From an uncultured Acidobacteriota bacterium (GTDB taxonomy: Bacteria; Acidobacteriota; Vicinamibacteria; Vicinamibacterales; SCN-69-37), in assembly GCA_963751445.1 (NCBI GenBank), contig CAVVUL010000008.1:130555-194554 (forward strand): a DNA stretch of 64,000 nt, given 5' to 3'. The notes beneath the pieces are model-generated. The model saw only the letters and a program-made list of their open reading frames with translations, did not search any database and was not told the origin of the DNA. This document shows positions 21,302-27,097 of the stretch, in pieces. The position numbers and the translations under genes are program-made. How positions within the stretch are numbered: position 1 is the first letter of the stretch; the number at the start of each line of letters is the position of its first letter.

Positions 21302-21754
21302 CTACTTGCTGTTGCTCCGCTTGACGATCACGATCGCCGCCGCGGCGCCGGCCGCCAGCAGCCAGAGCGCGAGCGGGGCCTTGCCGCAACTGACGTTCAC
21401 ATCAAGCCTGCTGGGCACGGCCGTCGTCAGGGCGTAGGGCCCCTCGGTGCACACGATCTTCTTCTCTTTGACCTGCACGAGTTCGATCAGGTAGGTCCCG
21501 GGGACCGTCGATTTGAGGAAGCTGAATTGACCCTGCGGGTCGAGGGGCTGCGTGTTCGCGACCACGCCGCTGGCCACGTCGCGCAACTGGACCACGTAGT
21601 CCGCGTACGGCTTCTTGGCCTCGTCTGTCGCCTTGCCGGCAATCGTGCCCGGCGCGGCCTGGCCGAACGCCGGTTGGACGCCGGCCGCAAGACACACCAC
21701 AAGCAGGGCGGCCACGACCCGGTTGACGCGGTGGGTTGGGACGGTCTGCCTCAC
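21302..21754 (-). CDS. Small exported protein with a carboxypeptidase-regulatory-like beta-sandwich and a C-terminal TM helix plus basic tail
   Basis: I chose GTG 21754 (GAAGGGAAG upstream) over the ORF-track start 21829. Signal peptide VVAALLVVCLAAGVQPAFGQA. Middle pattern GxIxGKxxD...GQFSF..VPGTYLIEL. It ends GKAPLALWLLAAGAAAAIVIVKRSNSK. Confidence 0.55.
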   Translation of the reverse strand: MRQTVPTHRVNRVVAALLVVCLAAGVQPAFGQAAPGTIAGKATDEAKKPYADYVVQLRDVASGVVANTQPLDPQGQFSFLKSTVPGTYLIELVQVKEKKIVCTEGPYALTTAVPSRLDVNVSCGKAPLALWLLAAGAAAAIVIVKRSNSK

Positions 21755-21839
21755 GACTTCCCTTCTGCCTTCTGCTCGGACCCTGCCGTCCCTTTCATCT
21801 TCCGGCCGGCCCGAGCGGGTGTCAAGCACGCCACCACGC

Positions 21840-21881
21840 CTGTATCGTTTCAGCGACAGCGGCGTACCCGTTTCGATACAG
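21840..21881 (-). promoter_or_regulatory. Inverted repeat CTGTATCG-N26-CGATACAG abutting the stop codon of the EBP-like gene
   Basis: Seen directly: plus strand CTGTATCG at 21840-21847 and CGATACAG at 21874-21881. Either a weak terminator or a protein-binding palindrome upstream of the 21754 gene. Confidence 0.3.
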
Positions 21882-23337
21882 CTACTTCCGAGGCGACAGC
21901 AGCGCGCGCGACACGTTCAGCTGCCGCACCTTTCGATAGAGATTCGTCCGCTGAAGCCCCAGCGCCTTGGCGGCATCACCCACGCGGCCGCTGTGCCGGA
22001 TGAGCGTGGCGCTGATGCACTCGCGCTCGAAGCGCGCGCGGGCTTCCCGCAGCGTCATCGCGCCGCCGGCGGGCTCGCTGGGCCCGGCGTCGAGGCTCAC
22101 GTGCTCCAGCACGTTCTCGAGCTGGATGACGGGCTGTGACGTGGCCTTCACGGCCGCGGTGACCGCGTCGCGCAACTCTCTCGCGTTCCCCCGCCACGGC
22201 AGCGCGGCCAGCAGGGCCAGCGCCAATCGGCTGAAGCGTTTCGAATCCGCCGCCTTCCGTGTCGCACGCGCGCTTGAGGAAGTACGCCGCCAGCAGCGGC
22301 ACGTCCTCGCGCCGGCGCCGCAGCGGCGGCATGTCGACGCGCACCTGGGCGAGCCGCTCGAACAAGTCGCGGCGCAGGCGCCCGTCCGCCATCGCCTCGT
22401 CCACATCCGGCCCGGCGACCGCAATCGGCCGGAAGTCGAGCGGAATCGTTTCCTGCAGGTCGACGGAGAACACTTCCCTGTCGCGCAGCAGTTGCGCCAG
22501 GCGCGTCTGAATCCTCGCGGGGGCGTCCACGACGTTGAGAAGGAGCAGCGAACCGCCCTGCGCCGCGATCACGGCGCTCGTTCGCGTCGCCTGCACGGCC
22601 AGCCCGGACGCCGCATCGTGGTCGGTGACGGCGCCGAACAGGCGCCGTTCGAGTTCATTCGGCCCTTCGGCGGCGCAGTCCACCATGGCGAGCGGCCGGG
22701 TCACGTAATCATGATCGCGCTCGTGCAGCGTGCGGGCCACGAGCTGCCGGCCGGAACCGTCTTCGCCGCTGATCAGGACAGCGGTCCGGCGCGATGCGGC
22801 GGACTTCAGTCCCGCGGAGACCATCCGCATCGACGCGGAATACTCGAACAGGCGTTCCGTCGCGCCCGGCGCCGCCGGCGACGGGTCAACCGCGACGGCA
22901 TCCCGGGCCGCCGCAAACACGATGGCCACGTCCCGCTCGTCGAACGGCCACGGCAACAGGTCGGTCGCGCCGGCATAGATGGCTTCGCTCGCGACCAGCG
23001 GCTGCGTGGTGTCCATCAAGCCGATGACCGGCACGGCCGGGAACTGCGCGCAGATGAGCCGGACCGCGGCAATCGAGGTGCGCTCGGTCGCCAGGTCCAC
23101 GACGACGAGGCCGAATCGCCGCGCGCCCAGCGCCTGCAGCGCACCCGGCACGTCGTCGGCCACGGTCACGAGGGCGCCTGCCTTGGTCAGGCGATCGCGA
23201 ACCAGGACGCGATCGCGGACACGAGCCGGCAGATAGAGCACCGCCAACGGCGACTGTCCGTCCGCATGGGTGGACGGTGCGTCCTGACCGGGTAGCCGGA
23301 CGCGTCTCAAGAAGGGCTGGGGATTCGCTGCCATCAA
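21882..23337 (-). CDS. NtrC-family-like regulator (receiver-like / AAA+ / HTH) with degenerate catalytic motifs; one frame break near 22260
   Basis: ORF 21976-23337 plus ORF 21882-22424. It carries PPLRRRREDVPLLAAYFL, ALPWRGNARELRDAV and a C-terminal HTH (GDAAKALGLQRTNLYRKVRQL). However, Walker A reads GEDGSGRQ, the sigma-54 contact loop reads GAVTDH and Walker B reads LLLLNVVD. Confidence 0.8.
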
Positions 23338-23948
23338 CGTTTTGCTTTCGGAGTAGGCACGGGTTGGAAGACGCCGTCGCCGTCTGGATCGGATTCCACG
23401 GCCGTCACGTGACCGGCCGCGTCGTACCGCAGCCGCTGCGTCGGGCGGCCCTTACCGAGCAGGTCCAGGTCCACCTGGGCCAGCACGCCTCGCTCGTAGG
23501 TTTCCCACTTGTCGGGACGCCCATCCGCATCGGTGTCGTCCACGACGCGCTGGATCGCGCCGTCCACGTAGAATTCGCGCCGCGTGATCGTCTGGCCGGC
23601 GCCGTTCGCCTCGTCGGCGTGATCGATGAGGTTCGAGGCCGGAGCCGCGCCGCTGGCGGGTGACGAACCGTAGTATTCCCAACGGTCCGGCCGTCCATCG
23701 CCGTTACGGTCGATTTCGATGTATTTGATGACTGCGCCATCCATGAACGCCCGCGTCTCGTTGCGGCCGTCGTGATCGCGGTCCGACAGCAGCTGTTCGA
23801 GCCAACCTGTTTGCTGGTTGTAGACAGGCGAAATGCCGTTGGCCGCCAACTGGTCGCCCGGGCGGCTGGATCCGCACGCCGCCGCCGCAACCAGCGCGGC
23901 GGCTGTGAGCACCACGTCTGCGATGCGCCGAAGACTCGTCACGGACAT
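23334..23948 (-). CDS. Lipoprotein with four DxDxDG (EF-hand-like) loops, intact 204 aa
   Basis: Lipobox AAAACGS after a signal peptide. Loops are DRDHDGRNE, DRNGDGRPDRWE, DTDADGRPDKWE and DPDGDGVFQ. Two have Glu at loop position 12. ATGA overlap with the regulator gene (23334-23337). Confidence 0.7.
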   Translation of the reverse strand: MSVTSLRRIADVVLTAAALVAAAACGSSRPGDQLAANGISPVYNQQTGWLEQLLSDRDHDGRNETRAFMDGAVIKYIEIDRNGDGRPDRWEYYGSSPASGAAPASNLIDHADEANGAGQTITRREFYVDGAIQRVVDDTDADGRPDKWETYERGVLAQVDLDLLGKGRPTQRLRYDAAGHVTAVESDPDGDGVFQPVPTPKAKR

Positions 23949-24009
23949 GTGATTACCTGACCAGGCGCGGAGGATTCCGCATGTGGCTTCGCCCCGTCAC
24001 TTACAGGGC

Positions 24010-24055
24010 GCGTCGCGCGAGCGACGCGTCCGCCGAAGCCTCGCGCGAAGGCGGA
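24010..24055 (-). terminator. Two adjacent GC-rich hairpins in the spacer between the NusG paralog and the lipoprotein gene
   Basis: Seen directly: GCGTCGC-GCGA-GCGACGC (24010-24027) and TCCGCC-N15-GGCGGA (24029-24055), followed by REP family 1 copy b. Confidence 0.35.
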
Positions 24056-24077
24056 CGGCCGACTACGTGCACTGCTT

Positions 24078-24105
24078 CCGGCGGGCTAAAGCCCGCCGGC
24101 TACTG
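24078..24105 (-). repeat. REP-type hairpin family 1, copy b
   Basis: Plus strand CCGGCGGGCTAAAGCCCGCCGGCTACTG, with flanking CGG(C/T)ACG shared with copy a. It lies 12 nt downstream of the NusG-paralog stop. Confidence 0.8.
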
Positions 24106-24117
24106 CGGCACGAGATC

Positions 24118-24687
24118 CTAGTACGCCCGCACGTCGGCGGCGTCGACTTCCACGCTGACGCCCTGGCCAATCAATCCGACGCTCAGCACCAGCCGCGCGT
24201 GGGCGCCTTTGCGCACGAGCTTTCCGACGACGCCCTTCAGGACGCCCGACACGACTTCCACCTGGCTGCCCTCATTGAGCAGCGGGCACGGGTCGAACTG
24301 CAGGTCGCTCATGACCAGCGTCCGAATGGCGTCAATCTCTTCTTCTGGAATCGTCGCGGCGCGGCCGTCAAACGACACGACGTTGGCCACCCCCGCGCAG
24401 CTCAGCACCGCCCGGAACTGCTCGACGTGCAGCCGCGCGAAGCAATAGCCTTGAAACAGCGGCCAGTCGATCCGCTTGCGGCGGTCCTTCCACCGGCTCC
24501 ACCTCGGAATCGTGGGCAAAAAGGCTTCGAGGCCCTTCCGCGTCAACTGGTCCCGCACCGTCGCTTCGTGGCGGGACTTGGTCCGAATCGCGAACCACCC
24601 GACGGTCTGGTCCAGGGATTCGCTGGCGGCTCCCCGTGAAAGGCCGGTCGAGGCCGGCGTGTGCGGGTCGAAGGAATTGGTATCCAT
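24118..24687 (-). CDS. NusG paralog (NGN + KOW; UpxY/RfaH/LoaP-type specialised antiterminator candidate)
   Basis: WFAIRTKSRHEATVRDQL..GLEAFLP...WPLFQGYCFARL matches the NGN domain. GSQVEVVSGVLKGVVGKLV matches KOW. Start moved to ATG 24687 because the ORF-track GTG 24717 sits inside the sigma-54 promoter spacer. Confidence 0.8.
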   Translation of the reverse strand: MDTNSFDPHTPASTGLSRGAASESLDQTVGWFAIRTKSRHEATVRDQLTRKGLEAFLPTIPRWSRWKDRRKRIDWPLFQGYCFARLHVEQFRAVLSCAGVANVVSFDGRAATIPEEEIDAIRTLVMSDLQFDPCPLLNEGSQVEVVSGVLKGVVGKLVRKGAHARLVLSVGLIGQGVSVEVDAADVRAY

Positions 24688-24708
24688 CGTGGGCCATCGA
24701 TGAGAGAG

Positions 24709-24723
24709 GCAACCCACGTGCCA
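24709..24723 (-). promoter_or_regulatory. Sigma-54 (-24/-12) promoter TGGCACG-N4-TTGC
   Basis: Minus strand reads TGGCACGTGGGTTGC, a full match to the consensus core. It is intergenic, with the -12 element ending 21 nt upstream of ATG 24687. Confidence 0.75.
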
Positions 24724-24829
24724 GAACGGGGCGGCATGACCGCCAGAGCTGCCGTGTCTCCAACTACTTGCGTCGTAACGTGTTTGATACGGGGGGCGGT
24801 ATCCGTTTCGTCTCGGCCGCGCGCTCGCC

Positions 24830-24867
24830 CTGACACCGAAAGCCGGACGGCATGTCAGATTTGTCAG
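24830..24867 (-). promoter_or_regulatory. Candidate upstream activator sequence: three copies of hexamer CTGACA/TGTCAG
   Basis: Plus strand CTGACA 24830-24835, TGTCAG 24853-24858 and TGTCAG 24862-24867. These form an inverted repeat with N17 plus a direct repeat with N3, about 105-145 bp upstream of the -24 element. Confidence 0.4.
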
Positions 24868-24893
24868 CCGCGCAACAATTTGGCGAGGAGACC

Positions 24894-25619
24894 TTACACG
24901 ACGTCTCCGGGGCCGGTTGGCTCGTCATCCGGTTGCGGCCCCTTGCTTCGGGCGTAGAGATAGGAGGCCAGGAAGATCACGCCGATCACCACAAGGGAGA
25001 CGTTTCTCGGCATTTCCCAGCCGATCCAGTGCTCCGCGTGCGCGTATTCGAGCAGCAGTTTCGCGCCCACCCACGCAATGATGATGAAGGCGCCGTCCAC
25101 GATCGCGGGATACCGGCGAATCAAGGCGATCAACTTCCCCGCCACCACGCGCATCGCGATGATGCCGAGGATGCCGCCGGTCACGACGACCGCGATCTTG
25201 GGTGACAGGGCGACGGCCACGAGGATCGAATCGACCGAGAAGGCGATGTTGATGAATTCGACGCGGACGATCGTCGCCCAGAACGCCGAGAGGCCCCACA
25301 TCGGCCTCGCCGCGGCGATGGGCCTTCCCGACTCGCCGGCGTCCCCATGCCGGAAGTGCTGCACGGCCAGATACAAGAGGTAGGCGCCGCCCGCGAGTTT
25401 GACCCAGGCGGCCTGAATGAGGACCGCCGCGAGCAGGACGGCGATGAATCGGAAAATGAACGCGGCGACGAGACCGTAGCGGAGCGCGCGGCTTTGCTGC
25501 GGTCGGGGCAGGCCCATGACCAGAATGGCCATGACCAGCGCGTTGTCCGCGCTCAGGAGGCCTTCCAGCAGCACCAGCAGGCCGATGGTCGGGAGGTCGC
25601 TCAGGGCAATGTCGAACAC
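24894..25619 (-). CDS. TerC family integral membrane protein
   Basis: LLEGLLSADNALVMAILV and repeated hydrophobic helices. I prefer GTG 25619 (GGAGG 8 nt upstream) to the ORF-track start 25709. Confidence 0.8.
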   Translation of the reverse strand: MFDIALSDLPTIGLLVLLEGLLSADNALVMAILVMGLPRPQQSRALRYGLVAAFIFRFIAVLLAAVLIQAAWVKLAGGAYLLYLAVQHFRHGDAGESGRPIAAARPMWGLSAFWATIVRVEFINIAFSVDSILVAVALSPKIAVVVTGGILGIIAMRVVAGKLIALIRRYPAIVDGAFIIIAWVGAKLLLEYAHAEHWIGWEMPRNVSLVVIGVIFLASYLYARSKGPQPDDEPTGPGDVV

Positions 25620-25689
25620 GTTCGGCGCCTCCAAGTATGGGCGCAGTGCCCCGCTCGTGTCATGCGCGGCCCGGCGCGCGGAACACGAC

Positions 25690-25710
25690 CTTGACACGTT
25701 CCGTATCAAT
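25690..25710 (+). promoter_or_regulatory. HAIR-like inverted repeat CTTGACA-N7-TATCAAT overlapping the -35 element
   Basis: The core TTGA-N11-TCAA has the same spacing as the HspR operator consensus CTTGAGT-N7-ACTCAAG. It matches 5/7 and 4/7 positions in the two arms. Confidence 0.4.
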
Positions 25711-25719
25711 GCCTATATT
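25691..25719 (+). promoter_or_regulatory. Sigma-70-type promoter TTGACA-N17-TATATT for hspR
   Basis: Seen directly: TTGACA at 25691-25696 and TATATT at 25714-25719 with a 17-nt spacer, in an AT-rich island of a GC-rich genome. The ATG at 25731 is only about 5 nt beyond the expected transcription start. Confidence 0.65.
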
Positions 25720-25730
25720 CGGATCAGCGT

Positions 25731-26089
25731 ATGGATCGACGGACGCCCGACTGGGTTTTGATCAGCATGGCCGCCGAACTGCTGGAGATGCATCCGCAGA
25801 CGCTGCGGAAGTACGAGCGGCTCGGCCTCGTGCGCCCGCCCCGCACGCTCGGCAGCATGCGCGTGTATTCGCGCCACGAACTCGACCGCCTGCGCCTGAT
25901 CAAGATCGCTGGTCGATGACGCCGGGATCAATCTGGCGGGCGTCCGGCGGCTGCTGTCGATCGTGGACATCGCCGAACGGATGCGGCCGCTCGTGCGGCG
26001 GCCGAAGCGGCGATCGGACGCCCAGGATCAGCTCGATCCGGGAGGTCCAGGAGTTGTGCCGCCTGCTGGGCCTGGAGGACGCGCGCTAG
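25731..26089 (+). CDS. hspR: MerR-family heat-shock regulator HspR (at least 2 frame breaks)
   Basis: ISMAAELLEMHPQTLRKYERLGLVRPPRT.GSMRVYSRHELDRLRLIK is the MerR/HspR HTH. It continues as LVDDAGINLAGVRRLLSIVDIAERM in another frame and ends EVQELCRLLGLEDAR-stop at 26089. Confidence 0.75.
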
Positions 26090-26101
26090 CGCGGCTCCCG
26101 C

Positions 26102-27095
26102 ATGGACTACAAGGACTACTACGCGGTGCTCGGCGTCGCCAAGACGGCGACCGACGAAGAGATCAAACGCGCGTACCGGAAGCTGGCGCGCAAGCACCAT
26201 CCCGATTTGAATCCGGGCGACAAGTCCGCGGAGACGAAGTTCAAGGAAATCAACGAGGCCAACGAGGTGCTCGGCGATCCGGAGAAGCGCCGCAAGTACG
26301 ACGAACTCGGGGCCAACTGGCGCCAGTACGAGCAGCAGGCGGCCGCCGGCCGCCCCGGCGGCTTCCCGGGCGGCGGTTTCGGACCGGGCAGCCAGGGCGG
26401 CTATCGCACGGTGAGCCCGGAAGAGATGGAGCAGATGTTCGGCGGCGGCGGCGAGCAGTCGCCGTTCTCCGACTTCTTCTCGACGTTCTTCGGCGGCAGT
26501 GGCGAGCCGGCCGCGCCGGGGCGCCGCGGCCGATCGGGGCGCGCCCGCCGCGGTCAGGACGTCGAGGCGCAAGCGGAGCTGACGCTCGAAGAAGCGTTCG
26601 CCGGCACGACGCGGAAAGTCGCACTGGCCCGGAACGGCAAGGACCACACCGTCGAGGTGCGCATTCCGGCCGGCATCAAGGACGCCGCGCGGATTCGGGC
26701 GGCTGGCGAGGGCGGCCGCGCCAGCGGCCAGGGGTCCGCAGGGGATCTGTTCCTGTCCGTGCGCGTGCTGCCGCACGCCGCGGTTCGAACGGCGCGGGCT
26801 GGACCTGCATACGCGGGCGCGCGTGCCGGTGACGACCGCCGTGCTGGGCGGCGAGATTGCCGTGCCGGCCCTGTCCGGATCCACGCTGCGCCTGAAGATT
26901 CCGGAAATGACCACCGCGGGCCGCGTGTTCCGCCTGCGCGGTCACGGCATGCCCACCGTGGGGAAACCAGAAGACCGCGGCGACCTGTACGTGGCGGTGG
27001 ACATCGAGATTCCGTCGCAGGTGTCACCCGAGGAACGCACGCACTACGAAGCGCTGCAGGCCCTCGCCGGCGCCAGAAAGGAAGGTTCGTCGTGA
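26102..27095 (+). CDS. cbpA: J-domain co-chaperone without zinc finger (CbpA/class II DnaJ), one frame break near 26780
   Basis: J domain DYYAVLGV...[10 protein letters not shown], a G/F-rich linker, no CxxCxGxG repeats, and C-terminal substrate-binding domains (ORF 26823-27095). Confidence 0.8.
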
Positions 27096-27097
27096 AC

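Noticed and set aside
21790-21830. Second sigma-54 promoter upstream of the small gene at 21754 (minus strand TGGTGG-N5-TTGA)
   Set aside because: The invariant GC of the -12 element is GA, the -24 hexamer matches poorly, and the distance to the start codon is about 66 nt with no supporting upstream repeats.
1358-24717. PEP-CTERM/exosortase system
   Set aside because: The AsnB-family gene, beta-barrel, NtrC-like regulator and EPS context are reminiscent of such loci. However, I found no exosortase (EpsH-like) gene, no PrsK-type kinase and no protein ending in a PEP motif. The polytopic membrane protein at 9248-10697 looks Wzy/ligase-like rather than exosortase-like, although that call is itself low confidence.
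24368-24763. Alternative 131-aa ORF starting upstream of and overlapping the NusG-paralog gene in another frame (its internal ATG at 24697 would be the first AUG on the predicted sigma-54 transcript)
   Set aside because: Its translation is Arg/Pro/Gly-rich without motifs, whereas the overlapping frame gives a clean NGN+KOW protein. It is noted only because the out-of-frame AUG 10 nt upstream of the real start might affect translation initiation.
25620-25730. yybP-ykoY (manganese) riboswitch upstream of the TerC-family gene
   Set aside because: TerC genes are often preceded by this riboswitch. Here the leader is at most about 110 nt, is shared with the divergent hspR promoter, and lacks the conserved GGGGAGTAG-type core when read on the minus strand.
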